From: Eledone cirrhosa | Lineage: Eukaryota | DNA: 64,000 nucleotides | Assembly: GCA_964016885.1 (NCBI GenBank) | Contig: OZ024740.1 | Coordinates: forward strand, 424,762,001 to 424,826,000 | Direction of reading: 5' to 3' | Part shown: piece by piece, positions 1 to 13,823 of the stretch | Layout of the letters: each line of letters begins with the position of its first letter | Position numbering within the stretch: position 1 is the stretch's first letter | Program-made: the position numbers and the translations under genes | The notes under the pieces: generated by a model | Database searches by the model: none | The model's input: only the letters and a program-made list of their open reading frames with translations | What the model was told of the DNA's origin: nothing

Positions 1-558
1 GTCTCATGGTCGGGTCGTTGGCGACTAAACTTACAACCCCACCAAGGTTTCTTGGTGAGGAGGGTGACTTTGGACATCCTGCAGGACTAAAAACAAAACC
101 TGTCAAAGGGCAAAGGAGCTCTTAAGAGTCAATGGCCATCCAAAATCACCGGGAGAGATGACCCCTTAGCCTTTGTCAAGGCAGAATTCTAGGAGAAGGA
201 AAACTCTGATATAACACCTGCAACCCTGATGGTATCCAATGATGTTGACTTGTTCTTCTTTTTGGTAAATATCATCTTGGTTAAGAGAGTGGGACTGGCT
301 TTGTGCAGTGCCTTTGCTCACTATAAAAGCTTCACGGCACAGGCATTGCTTTATATCTGGAGATCTCTCTGCACTTGTCGTCACATGGTACCATGGGCCC
401 AGCACTATGTGTCAATAATTGTCACAAGTGTAGTGTTTGTACCAGAGTTTTCAAGTCGCTGGCTGGACTAAAAAGTCACACTCGTTCAGCGTATCGGTAG
501 GAGTTCTCCTACATGGATATAAAGTAGTGGCCGTACTCGAAAACGAGTTGGCAGCCAC
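1..558 (+). mobile_element. RTE-derived non-autonomous retroelement (SINE-like), copy 1, cut by the window start; (ATGT)n tail follows to ~640
   Basis: Near-identical to 22005-22612 and 27741-28348. It has an RTE-like 5'UTR motif (ttctaggagaaggaaaactctgatataa), a 3' remnant encoding CSVCTRVFKSLAGLKSHTRSA(Y/H)R* (C2H2 finger), a CTCGAAAACGAG hairpin, then an (ATGT)n tail. Confidence 0.75.
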
Positions 559-830
559 CATGTATGTATGAATGTATGTATGTATGTATGTATGTATGTA
601 TGTATGTATGTATGTATGTGTGTATGTATGTATGTATGTATATATGTGTACAACAAACGCAGTACCCGTCAAAGCGACGGGGTTTGTTTCTTCCCACTTT
701 CTGTAATCTTTCATATTTGTTTCTTCCCAAAGTAGATTCTATCTGTCTTTCTACTCCTGTCTCTCTGATTCTCTCCATTGTGGAACAGTTCTATATATTT
801 TCTTCTTCGCATTTCTCGTTTAATTACACT

Positions 831-1496
831 TCTGCCTCTCCCCCATTGTCTCACCTCTCCATATATCTGCCTCGCCCCCATTGTCTCACCTCTCCATATA
901 TCTGCCTCTTCCCCATCGTCTCACCTCTCCATATATCTGCCTCGCCCCCATTGTCTCACCTCTCCATATATCTGCCTCTCCCCCATTGTCTCATCTCTCC
1001 ATATATCTGCCTCTTCCCCATTGTCTCACCTCTCCATATATCTGCCTCTTCCCCATTGTCTCACCTCTCCATATATCTGCCTCTCCCCCATTGTCTCACC
1101 TCTCCATATATCTGCCTCTCCCCCATTGTCTCATCTCTCCATATATCTGCCTCTTCCCCATTGTCTCATCTCGCCATATATCTGCCTCTTCCCCATTGTC
1201 TCACCTCTCCATATATCTGCCTCTCCCCCATTGTCTCATCTCTCCATATATCTGCCTCTCCCCCATTGTCTCATCTCTCCATATATCTGCCTCTTCCCCA
1301 TTGTCTCATCTCTCCATATATCTGCCTCTCCCCCATTGTCTCATCTCTCCATATATCTGCCTCTCCCCCATTGTCTCATCTCTCCATATATCTGCCTCTC
1401 CCCCATTGTCTCATCTCTCCATATATCTGCCTCTTCCCCATTGTCTCATCTCTCCATATATCTGCCTCTTCCCCATTGTCTCACCTCTCCATATAT
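831..1496. repeat. 35-bp tandem minisatellite (~19 copies; ccccattgtctcacctctccatatatctgcctct(t/c))
   Basis: Unit recurs at 841, 876, 911 and onward. It explains the periodic ORFs at 564-1597. Confidence 0.95.
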
Positions 1497-1658
1497 TTCA
1501 CAGTTTTCAATGTTTCTCTGACACACAACCTCAGAAATCCCTGATGTCTTTTTCAATCATCCGTCAATTCAATCTATCACCTCTATATTTCTATTAATCT
1601 AATCTACCTCTCTTTATAAAACATTTTTCACTCTTCCACAACTCTCACCACAGCCAGT

Positions 1659-1775
<117 letters not shown>

Positions 1776-2183
1776 CAACGTCATTGAGAGATGGAACGCA
1801 ACAAAAATCCTAACTACAGACATATATGTACGATGATAACTGAACTAGGAGGCATAACATATCTATGTGCTATGGTGGCTGAAGTTTGAAATCATAGGTA
1901 GCATACATTTGTGTAGAGATCTTATTTATATATATTTTAGCTCTGAACATAGGGCTTTATTTTCCTTTATCGATTTATTCGGAAACTCTTGGCACTATAT
2001 ATATATATACACACATCTTGTATGGTGACCCTGTGATACATAAGCGAAACTCCAGAGTAACATGATTATTTATACGTGATAAAATGAATATTAAAACTCT
2101 ACTTCGGTATTGAGTACACTTTTCTCTCAGCCGTCAACCACATACGGACATATATACATATATATATAAACTTTAATCTGTTA

Positions 2184-2219
<36 letters not shown>

Positions 2220-2308
2220 TAACAGATTAAAGTTTACGCAAACAATCGCTGCTTTCACCCTTTGATATATATTTATCCTCTTTGGATTTTAGTCTTTAAA
2301 TTTATTAT

Positions 2309-2500
2309 TGTTGGATTGGCAGTATCGGTAGAGGGTCGGACGCCATGCTTTCCAGCATAGTTACGTCCCTTTACGGTCTGAGTTCAAATCCCACCGAGGT
2401 TAACTTTGCCTTTCTTCCTTACGGGGTCAATAAAATAAAGTACCAGTAATGCACTGGGTAATTGCTGGCCTTGTGCCTAAAGTAGAAACAATTATTATTA
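2309..2500 (+). mobile_element. tRNA-derived SINE (octopus-type), with (ATT)n tail
   Basis: A-box-like tggcagtatcgg, B-box gagttcaaatccc, conserved body ...gccttgtgcctaaagtagaaacaattattatta; about 9 copies in the window. Confidence 0.85.
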
Positions 2501-2571
2501 CTATATATATATATATATATAAATATAAGTATGAAATTTCGTTTCATTTTTTCCATTTATATATATATACG

Positions 2572-2603
<32 letters not shown>

Positions 2604-3327
2604 TACATATATACATATATATATATATATACATATATATACATATATATATATATACATACATATAGATATACATACATATATACATATATATATATGT
2701 ATATATGTATATATATACATATATATATATATACATATATATAGATATACATACATATATACATATATATATATGTATATATATCTATATATACATATAT
2801 GTATGTGTGTGTGCGTGTGTGTATGTGTGCATGTGCGTGTATAGCCAGCGGTGCAATAGTCGAGCAGGAGGAGTATGTATATAAAACATATATTTGCCAT
2901 TCATAGTTCTCTCTCAACTGGCAGCCGTGCATGTAATGAAGAAATCATAAGGCTGTTTATTTTCCTATTGACATTGGTACTAGTTATAATTTGGGAGTAA
3001 CCATAAGTAGGGATAAGTAAGATTAATGGTTTCGTTAATTGATTTTACAGGTTAGTCTTTGATTGACTTAAGTCTAAGAATGTTAAAGAAAAATGTTCTC
3101 ACATACATATTTCTCTCTTCCATATTGAAATCCTCTTTGTAAACGACCCATGCAATACAATCTAAAGCACTCAATATATTAACAAATCAAAGATACTTAT
3201 AAACACCAAAGTTTTTAAACTCTACTTACCATATGACAAGTATACCACACCTACATGCCAGTACCAAGGATATCAATTGAAATACCATAGAATAACTGCA
3301 GCATTGCAGCCGATCTCTCTCTCTCTC

Positions 3328-3387
<60 letters not shown>

Positions 3388-3485
3388 AACTTTGTTCGTA
3401 CTGCCTCTCTGTTTTGTTCCCGTTCCATTTTTCACTATACATACATACATACATACATACATACATACATACATACATACATACA

Positions 3486-3521
<36 letters not shown>

Positions 3522-3532
3522 TAAATTTATAA

Positions 3533-3610
<78 letters not shown>

Positions 3611-3828
3611 GTTATTCCGGGTTGAATCGGAGGTAACCACAGTAAGTAAGGTACTCAATACATAGCAGAGTATAAAAGTTTTAATGTAGATGAGATTCTA
3701 CAGGACTAGAACTGTTTCATTCTTTAGAAATCATTAGGAAATGGTAAATTACCAGTTGTGTTACTACTACCAAACTCGTACGTGGACTGAGTGCTCTACT
3801 ACTACGGATATTACCTTCCTGTGTTCTA

Positions 3829-3964
<136 letters not shown>

Positions 3965-4271
3965 ATGATTTCACCGAACTTAAGTTCAGAGATATCACGG
4001 ACTTCCTATCTCTCCGTTGCATTACCATCTCTGTTTGTTTCCATGTCTCGCTCGCTTCACCCTATTTTACGTGTCCCAATAACTTTCTTTAGTTATTGCT
4101 CGCACCAACCAGAGGTTTATGATCTTTAAAGCGAAGAAATACCAATGAAGGCTGGAAGATCACTGATGAAGGACTACTTTTATTCATATGTAACCCATGT
4201 GCAACCACAAAGCACGCCATCTTTCATTTTATATATATATATATATATATATACATTTCTCTCTCTCTCCC

Positions 4272-4520
4272 TTCTTCTTCTTCTTCTTCTTCTTCTTCTT
4301 CTTCTTCTTCTTCTTCTTCTTCTTCTTCTTCTTCTTCTTCGTCCTGAATGGGTCGTGGGAGAAGAGTCCTCAAATGCTCCTTCCAGCGAGTCCTGTCAAA
4401 ACTGAAGCTTGGTTTTACCCGTAAACATCTGTCCAGCGGTTCTTTCCTGAGACATTCTAACCCCATGACCATTGTATCAGAGTTGAGATCTCTCAATTCG
4501 GAGAAGTAGCGGCTTTACCT
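4272..4520 (-). mobile_element. Degenerate RTE-like LINE 3' end with (GAA)n tail
   Basis: Minus strand reads ...RKNRWTDV...DRTRWKEH, a typical RTE C-terminus, immediately followed by (GAA)n. Confidence 0.5.
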
Positions 4521-4657
4521 GAATTGACTGTCTGATCTCCGAGCTACGCAACAGTCTATCGAGTAATGTTACTCCAAAGACCCTTCAGAGGAACCCTATT
4601 TCGGCCGATGTAAATTTACATACGAGAGAGAAAAAATGGGGAAAGATGTTGAGTTTA

Positions 4658-4843
4658 AATAATTGTTTCTACTTTTGGCACAAAGTCAGCAATTAACCAG
4701 TACATTACTGGTGCTTTATTTTATCGACCCCGTAAGGATGAAAGGCAAAGTCAACCTCGGCGGGATTTGAAATCAGACCGTAAAGGGGCGTAACACTATG
4801 CTGCAAAGCATGGCGTCCGACCTTCTACCAATACTGCCAAATG
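4658..4843 (-). mobile_element. tRNA-derived SINE copy
   Basis: Reverse complement of the 2309-2500 family. Confidence 0.85.
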
Positions 4844-5058
4844 GTTATAGTGCTGCATTTACTTTCTCTGTGACTCCGAGTTCCACAAATCGTCGCTAAA
4901 TATTCAAAGGACAACACCTGTATAACACATTTGTTTATTAACTCAGTAAAACATAATCAATCTAACATGCTAATATCGAAACAACATAATTTTACATGTG
5001 TCAAATTATACCAGAGGTTCCACTCTTGAAGATGTCCTATCAATTCCTTGATGTTTAA

Positions 5059-5279
5059 CCCTTTAGCATTTAAACCGGCCATATCCGGCCAGAATCATCT
5101 CATATCTCTTTGTTCAAATCAGCGGTACCTGGCCGTTCATACTGATGTTAAGGTATTGTTCTCAAAATAAATAACATCAAAATCTCGTAGATTTGATATT
5201 ATTTGAGATAATTACGTGAGGTAAAGCCTTTACTGTGAAAATACAATAATAAATATAGAGCAATTTAAATGCTAAAGGG
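5059..5279. mobile_element. piggyBac-type MITE
   Basis: 16-bp perfect TIRs ccctttagcatttaaa (5059-5074) and tttaaatgctaaaggg (5264-5279), with TTAA on both sides (5055-5058, 5280-5283). CCC termini plus a TTAA TSD are characteristic of piggyBac. Confidence 0.85.
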
Positions 5280-5421
5280 TTAAATACAGTCCTGCGTTAT
5301 GTAACTATCCACCTGGTTATTAGAGATCAAACTATTTGCTGCAAGTAAATAGTAAATACTTTTTAATGCCAATATGTTGTTAGTTTTTTTAAATTCAGTT
5401 TTCATATGTATGGGCATCAGC

Positions 5422-6359
5422 TGGTGGTGGTGGTTGAGTGGTTGTGGTAGTGGTGGTGTTGGTGGTAGTATTGATGGTAGTGGTAGAGTGTTTGTGGTGG
5501 TGGTGGTGGTAGTGGTGTTGTAGGTAGTGTTGGTGGTAGTGTTGTTGGTATAGTTGGTGGTAGTGATGGTGGTAGTGTTGGTAGTAGTGTTGGTGGTAGT
5601 GGTGGAGGTAGTAGTGGAGTGGTTGTGGTGGTGGTGGTGTTGGAGGTAGTAGTTGAGTAGTGGTGGTGTTGGAGGTAGTGGTGGAGTGGTTATGGTGGTG
5701 ATGGCAGTGGTGGTGTTGGTGGTGGTGGTAGTGGTGGAATTATTGAGGTGGTGATGGCAGTGGTAGTGGTGGAGTGGTTGTGGTGGTGATGGCGGTGGTG
5801 GGGTGTGGTTGTGGTAGTGATGGTGTTGGTGGTAGTGGTGGAGTGGTTGTGGTGGTGATGGCAGTGGTGGTGGTGGTGGTGGTGGTAGTGGTGGAATTAT
5901 TGAGGTGGTGATGGTAGTGGTAGTGGTGGAGTGGTTGTGATGGTGATGGCAGTGGTGGTGTTGGAGGTAGTATTGGTGGTAGTGTTGTTGTTATTGTTGG
6001 AGGTAGTGTTGGAGGTAGTGTTGGTGGTGGTGTTTTTGGTATGTTGGTGGCAGTGTTGGTGGCGGTGTTTGTGGTATGTTGGTGGCAGTGTTGGTGGTGG
6101 TGTTTGTGGTAGTATTGGTGGTAGTGTTGTTGTTATTGTTGGAGGTAGTGTTGGTGGTAGTGTTGGTGGTGGTGTTTTTGGTAGTGTTGGTGGTGGTGTT
6201 TGTGGGTTAGTAATGGTGGTGGCGGTGTTTGGGGTTTAGTAATAGTGGTGGTGATGATGTTTGGGGGTTAGTATGGCGGTGGTGGTGTTTGGGGTTAGTA
6301 TGGTGGTGGTGGTGGTGGGGTTGTTTAGGGGTTAGTATGGGGGTGGTGGTGTTTGGGGG
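5422..6359. repeat. Degenerate (GGT)n low-complexity region
   Basis: ggt/ggtagt-rich, strongly G/T skewed. Confidence 0.9.
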
Positions 6360-6413
6360 TTAGGGTTAGGGTTAGGGTTAGGATTAGGGTTAGGGTTAGG
6401 GTTAGGGTTAGGG
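6360..6413 (+). repeat. Interstitial telomeric repeat (TTAGGG)9
   Basis: Nine units, one of them TTAGGA. Confidence 0.9.
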
Positions 6414-6567
6414 TGGTGGTGGTGCTGCTGGTGGTGTTTGGGGATAGTAATGGTGGTGGCGGTGTTTGGAGTTTACTAATGGTGGTGATGGTGGTATTTG
6501 GGGGTTAGTATGGTGGTGGTGGTTGGCGTTAGTATGGTGGCGGTGGTGGTGGTGGTGGTGCTTGTGT

Positions 6568-8620
6568 GTTAGTGTGGTGGTGGTAGTGGTGCTTGGGGGT
6601 TAGTGTGGTGGTGGTAGTGGTGCTTGGGGGTTAGTGTGGTGGTGGTAGTGGTGCTTGGGTGTTAGTGTGGTGGTGGTAGTGGTGCTTGGGGGTTAGTGTG
6701 GTGGTGGTAGTGGTGCTTGGAGGTTAGTGTGGTGGTGGTAGTGGTGCTTGGGGGTTAGTGTGGTGGTGGTAGTGGTGCTTGGGTGTTAGTGTGGTGGAGG
6801 TAGTGGTGCTTGGGGGTTAGTGTGGTGGTGGTAGTGGTGCTTGGGGGTTAGTGTGGTGGTGGTAGTGGTGCTTGGGGGTTAGTGTGGTGGTGGTAGTGGT
6901 GCTTGGGTGTTAGTGTGGTGGTGGTAGTGGTGCTTGGGTGTGAGTGTGGTGGTGGTAGTGGTGCTTGGGTGTTAGTGTGGTGGTGGTAGTGGTGCTTGGG
7001 TGTTAGTGTGGTGGTGGTAGTGGTGCTTGGGTGTTAGTGTGGTGGTGGTAGTGGTGCTTGGGTGTTAGTGTGGTGGTGGTAGTGGTGCTTGGGTGTTAGT
7101 GTGGTGGTGGTTGTGGTGTTTGGGGGTTAGTGTGGTGGTGGTAGTGGTGCTTGGGGGTTACTGTGGTGGTGGTTGTGGTGTTTGGGGGTTAGTGTGGTGG
7201 TGGTAGTGGTGCTTGGGTGTTAGTGTGGTGGTAGTGGTGCTTGGGGGTTAGTGTGGTGGTAGTGGTGCTTGGGTGTTAGTGTGGTGGTGGTAGTGGTGCT
7301 TGGGTGTTAGTGTGGTGGTGGTAGTGGTGCTTGGGGGTTAGTGTGGTGGTGGTAGTGGTGCTTGGGTGTTAGTGTGGTGGTGGTTGTGGTGTTTGGGGGT
7401 TAGTGTGGTGGTGGTAGTGGTGCTTGGGGGTTACTGTGGTGGTGGTTGTGGTGTTTGGGGTTTAGTGTGGTGGTGGTAGTGGTGCTTGGGTGTTAGTGTG
7501 GTGGTAGTGGTTCTTGGGGGTTAGTGTGGTGGTAGTGGTGCTTGGGTGTTAGTGTGGTGGTGGTAGTGGTGCTTGGGTGTTAGTGTGGTGGTGGTAGTGG
7601 TGCTTGGGGGTTAGTGTGGTGGTGGTAGTGGTGCTTGGGGGTTAGTGTGGTGGTGGTAGTGGTGCTTGGGTGTTAGTGTGGTGGTGGTAGTGGTGCTTGG
7701 GGGTTAGTGTGGTGGTGGTAGTGGTGCTGGGGGTTAGTGTGGTGGTGGTAGTGGTGCTTGGGGGTTAGTGTGGTGGTGGTAGTGGTGCTTGGGTGTTAGT
7801 GTGGTGGTGGTAGTGGTGCTTGGGTGTTAGTGTGGTGGTGGTAGTGGTGCTTGGGGGTTAGTGTGGTGGTGGTAGTGGTGCTTGGGTGTTAGTGTGGTGG
7901 TGGTAGTGGTGCTTGGGGGTTAGTGTGGTGGTGGTGGTGCTTGGGTGTTAGTGTGGTGGTGGTAGTGGTGCTTGGGGGTTAGTGTGGTGGTGGTAGTGGT
8001 GCTTGGGGGTTAGTGTAGTGGTGGTAGTGGTGCTTGGGGGTTAGTGTGGTGGTGGTAGTGGTGCTTGGGTGTTAGTGTGGCGGTGGTAGTGGTGCTTGGG
8101 TGTTAGTGTGGTGGTGGTAGTGGTGCTTGGGGGTTAGTGTGGTGGTGGTAGTGGTGCTTGGGCGTTAGTGTGGTGGTGGTAGTGGTGCTTGGGGGTTAGT
8201 GTGGTGGTGGTAGTGGTGCTTGGGTGTTAGTATGGTGGTGGTGGTGGTGCTTGGGTGTTAGTGTGGTGGTGGTAGTGGTGCTTGGGGGTTAGTGTGGTGG
8301 TGGTAGTGGTGCTTGGGGGTTAGTGTGGTGGTGGTAGTGGTGGTAGTGGTGCTTGGGTGTTAGTGTGGTGGTGGTAGTGGTGCTTGGGGGTTAGTGTGGT
8401 GGTGGTAGTGGTGCTTGGGGGTTAGTGTGGTGGTGGTAGTGGTGCTTGGGTGTTAGTGTGGTGGTGGTAGTGGTGCTTGGGTGGTAGTGTGGTGGTGGTA
8501 GTGGTGCTTGGGTGTTAGTGTGGTGGTGGTAGTGGTGCTTGGGGGTTAGTATGGTGGTGGTAGTGGTGCTTGGGGGTTAGTGTGGTGGTGGTAGTGGTGC
8601 TTGGGGGTTAGTGTGGTGGT
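6568..8620. repeat. 31-bp G-rich minisatellite (~65 copies; gttagtgtggtggtggtagtggtgcttggg(g/t))
   Basis: Period 31 (e.g. 6661 to 6692), highly homogeneous. Confidence 0.95.
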
Positions 8621-8737
8621 ACCTGTGTTCCAGTAAGTTCTTGGGTTGCATATATAGCCGTTTGGTGAGCAAGATTCGTCTGGGAAGGTGAAGTGCTGGG
8701 GAGAGTGAAATAATGCGAAAGAGAAATGCAGTGGGCC

Positions 8738-9293
<556 letters not shown>

Positions 9294-9930
9294 GACAAAC
9301 TCATTTATAAGGATGTCGGGAAGAAAACGATAGTATTGAAGGTGATAAAGTGAAGTCGTGATAGGGAGGTGAGGAGGATAAAGATAAATATATAGAGAAA
9401 GGTAATGGGGGAGACCTTTTTTGTGGAGACAAATTTCATAAGGGGAGAGGGGGAGGAGGAGGGGGTGATGGTGTCGATAATGATGATGATGAGTGAGTGT
9501 AGCGTTGATAAATAGGCTTTCGGTTTGCCAAGTTTGATAAGGTGGGCAGTCCACGTTCAGTTTGCCAAATTTGGAGGGTGGGTCACGAGTTGGTTTAGCA
9601 GGAAACATGAGTGCAAGCTAATGTTCGGTTTAGGTTGTTTGCTCAGTGTTTTCTGGACTGATTGGAGGAATAACGTTCTTGTTTGAGTGTATATATATAT
9701 ATATAAGTTAAAACAATGAGATAAAAATCAAGTCATTAGAGATATACTTCACTGCTTTACGATCGTTTCTAGGTGATGATAATACATTGTAGCTAAACTC
9801 CGTTATTGATCTATGTAAGGTTAGTTACAAAATATCAGATAAAGAGAATATTTACTTACATGCATATCACCAGCTGTTTTCAAAAGCAATCGAGTTCTTC
9901 ATGCTGAATAGACCCCACAACTTACTGTGG

Positions 9931-10410
<480 letters not shown>

Positions 10411-10490
10411 CCTTATTCAATATTTACTCCGTCACTCCTATGTGGAAAAAGTACGTTGAGTGCTTGAATTGAATTGCATCAATGTTTACC

Positions 10491-10562
<72 letters not shown>

Positions 10563-10882
10563 GTTCCACAACAGTTAGTTCACCATACCCTTTCTTTCGT
10601 TCTTTTACACTCTCTACGTCTCTTTCTATATATATATATATCCGGGTAACAAAATCAGGTGGTATTGAGCTGAGAGAGAGAAGTAGAAGGAAGCGTAGAA
10701 AGAGACGTAGAGAGTGATAAAAGAACGTAAGAAAGATATAAAAAGATAAGAGATAGAGTTACCTTGGTAGCTATTTATGAGTCCTTATATTTCGGATTTC
10801 ACATACATCAACAGAGAGGTTTTCCGAGGGGAAAGAGTTACGTTGTTTATCGTGTCGGTATATATATATATAAACACATATA

Positions 10883-11200
10883 TCATCATCATCATCATCA
10901 TTTTACATCCGCCTTTCCCTGCTTGCAAGGGTAGGACGGATCCTATTCAGCATCTCTCCACTTGTCACGGTCGTTCGTCATCTCCTCCGCGAGCCTCAGC
11001 GATCTGAGGTCTGCTCAACCACCTCCGCCCATGTTTTTCGTGGACTTCCTCTACTGCGTCTTCCTTCTACTGAAATTTCTTAGCGGTGATCCTCCATGCC
11101 CATCACATGTCCATACCATCTCAGTCTTTTCTCCTGCACTCCACAACGTATCCCTCTTATACCCAGTTTCTCTCTCAACTCATCTATGCTTGGTCGTTCA
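10883..11200 (-). mobile_element. RTE LINE 3' fragment with (GAT)n tail
   Basis: Minus strand reads EGRRSRGSPRKTWAEVV...EEMTNDRDKWR followed by a short UTR and (GAT)n. Confidence 0.7.
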
Positions 11201-11467
11201 CGCACATATATATCTATATATGTAAAACATTGAAAGGATAAGAGAAAGTAAATGTGGTATTAATCCATTAATCCATTAATCCATGTAGCTAATCAAGACA
11301 TACGTGTTAGTTGAGTTTCATTTCTGTCGTGTCATTAGTTTAGGAAGTAGGGCGAGTGAAGAACCCCTAGCCCTTGTCAGGGCATTCTTCTAGGAGAAGG
11401 CATCTCAGGAAACTGGGTTAATTCCGACATAAAACCTGCGGCTCAGTAGTTACCGATGATGTTGTAA

Positions 11468-11585
11468 CCGCCGAGGTCAACTTTGCCTTTCATCCTTACG
11501 GGGTCGATAAAATAAAGTACCAGTAATGTACTGGGTAATTGCTGGCCTTGTGCCAATAGTAGAAACAATTAATTAATTATTATTA
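11468..11585 (+). mobile_element. tRNA-SINE 3' part, preceded by a fragment (~11350-11465) of the short RTE-derived SINE
   Basis: Matches the 3' half of the SINE family; the upstream piece matches ~28400-28472. Confidence 0.75.
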
Positions 11586-11824
11586 ATAGTGTATTATTAT
11601 TATTATTATTATTGGTCTGTTCGGACGTCTTTTTGGTTCGCTCTCAGTAAGTCGCTTTATTTGCCTGTTAAAATTATTTGTTGTTAAATATTTCTTGTTG
11701 TGTAAGGGATATAAGCCCTTAGACTTTGCCCTGTGAAGGGGAAAGTATAATATTTGGGCCTTTTGGCCCAAATATTTAAACTTTTTTTACATGTTAAAAA
11801 AATTTACGGAGAAAAAAAAAAAAC

Positions 11825-13758
11825 ATGGCTGGGCCACGCCCCCCAGCGATATGTCTGCTGTCGTGCGACAACGACGTAGAAGTTGAGAGGAGCGCTACAG
11901 CGAAATTAACACACATTGATAACACAAACACCACCACAAACAATGTAAACAAAGAAACCAATGATACTAATGAGAACTCTAATTTTGAAAAAAATGACAG
12001 TAACAGCGACAACGAAAATACAGATAACAAAAAAAACAAAACAAATGCAACAACAATATCAACACCACCAACATGAAAACAAATAGCGACAACACCAACA
12101 GCAACAATACCAACTGCACCGAGAACAACGGTGGCAATAAAGACAACAATGATAACAGCGACAGTGATAACAACAACACCAACAAGAACAACGACAACAA
12201 CACCCCCAACGAAAACAAGAACACTTTCGCTGCGGCAGCAGCAAAAAAGAGGCCATGCTTCAACATGGACCTCTCAAACAAAGATGAAAAGTTGGCCCAG
12301 GCATGGAAGCTCATCAAGCAAGAGCAAACCTGGGCCAACTTAACTGTCCTGGTAGAAGCTATTGAGGTAGTGGAGCGCAGAACGGTGCATTATAGATGCA
12401 TCTCAGCACAAACCAAAAGGGCAGCTTTAATCCCACAGGAAGATGTCAATGTCGCGCTGAGGTGCATCAGAGAAGACACCCAGTACATAGAGAGGGGCAG
12501 ACAGTATGGCACCATTTCGGTGTTGTTCAAGTCAGAAACCCTCGCTATGAAACACGCTATGACTCCTTGCAAAACCAGCAAGGTCATAATGTACCCCTCC
12601 CAGATGGGAAAAAGAACGGCCCGTCTCCGCATTCCCAGAATCCCACCAGGACTTGACATGTGGTGGCTTCTGGGATGTGTGATTGTGGAGTGGACAGATA
12701 CCGTCCCTATAGAAGTGACCAGAACGGCCAGAGAGGACTGGGCCGGGGTTGACCTGGGGATCCTTCTCCAGACCAGGCCCGAGAATGTGAAGACAATCCC
12801 GGACCACATCCGCCTTCAGAATAGGACGGTCATTCACATTATGACCGAAGGCAAAAGGCCGCAGTGTTTTGTTTGTGGGGAAATAACCCATTTGCGAGCC
12901 TTCTGCCCTCAACTGCGGAAAGAGGCAAGGGGTCGAAAGGCTCCACTGCTGCCGTCGCCGGGGAGAGGACCACAACCAACACCAGCACCAGCAAAACCAC
13001 CAACAACAACACCAATAGAAAGACCACCGCCAACATTGACCACCCAGAGGGGAAACGAGGAAAGCTGTCAAATCCCCCCCCCCCCAAAAAAAAAATACAC
13101 ACACCAATAAAACCATAAACATACATACAGACACACTTACAGACACAGACCCCTCATCTACCAGTAGTGAAGATGAGGGAAAACCAAAATCCCTCAAAAT
13201 ACAAAAAAGGAAACACAAAAATAAAATAAAAACTCAACAAAGCACAAAATCACCCACAATAAAAAACGCAGACATCACCCACACAAACATATAACACCAA
13301 CATCAACACCACCATCACCATCACCAGAATCCCCCAAACGCAAACAACCTAAACAGACGCAAGAACAAATATACACACAAACATCTGAAACCAGAGACAC
13401 TGCACTCACAACAAACACAACCGAAACAACACCACCAACACCATCACCACCATAGCCACGCAAACAAATAAAATCACACCAACAACACATACAAAACTTC
13501 GTGCTCGTCAGGAGGGCCAACAAAGAACTGATGGCCCTCGTAGCACGAAGTGAAAATATACAAAAAGAGGGGGAAATTTTTAAATCGAGCACATTTCGCG
13601 TGCCGGAAGATTTGGTTCTGGTGCGAATGTCGATCGAATTATACAAAGAAATACGAGACAGCTTTCCTCGGGACGTGGGAACCCCGAACGTAAACCCCAC
13701 TCGAAGACTTTTAAAGGGGTTCCCAAAACAAATCCCACCAACTATAGAGGTCGAATAA
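11825..13758 (+). pseudogene. LINE ORF1 (gag-like), frameshifted
   Basis: ORFs 11825-12076, 12073-13110 and 13501-13758; zinc knuckle CFVCGEITHLRAFC; Asn/Thr-rich low-complexity stretches; lies directly upstream of ORF2. Confidence 0.75.
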
Positions 13759-13823
13759 CCCGACCTTCACAAGAGCCAGGAAGGTAAGTAAACCTTTCCT
13801 CTCTCTCTTTTTAACCTGCCAAC

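Noticed and set aside
229-471. 80-aa ORF conserved in three places
   Set aside because: Conservation reflects recent copies of a non-autonomous repeat; no domain is recognisable in this frame.
564-1597. Long ORFs (238-326 aa) in three frames
   Set aside because: Translation of a stop-free 35-bp minisatellite.
3700-3745. Hammerhead on the minus strand (CTAATGA...GAAA)
   Set aside because: Core mutated and stem I unpaired; at best a decayed remnant. The same applies to ~4161, ~36149-36180 and ~57535-57575.
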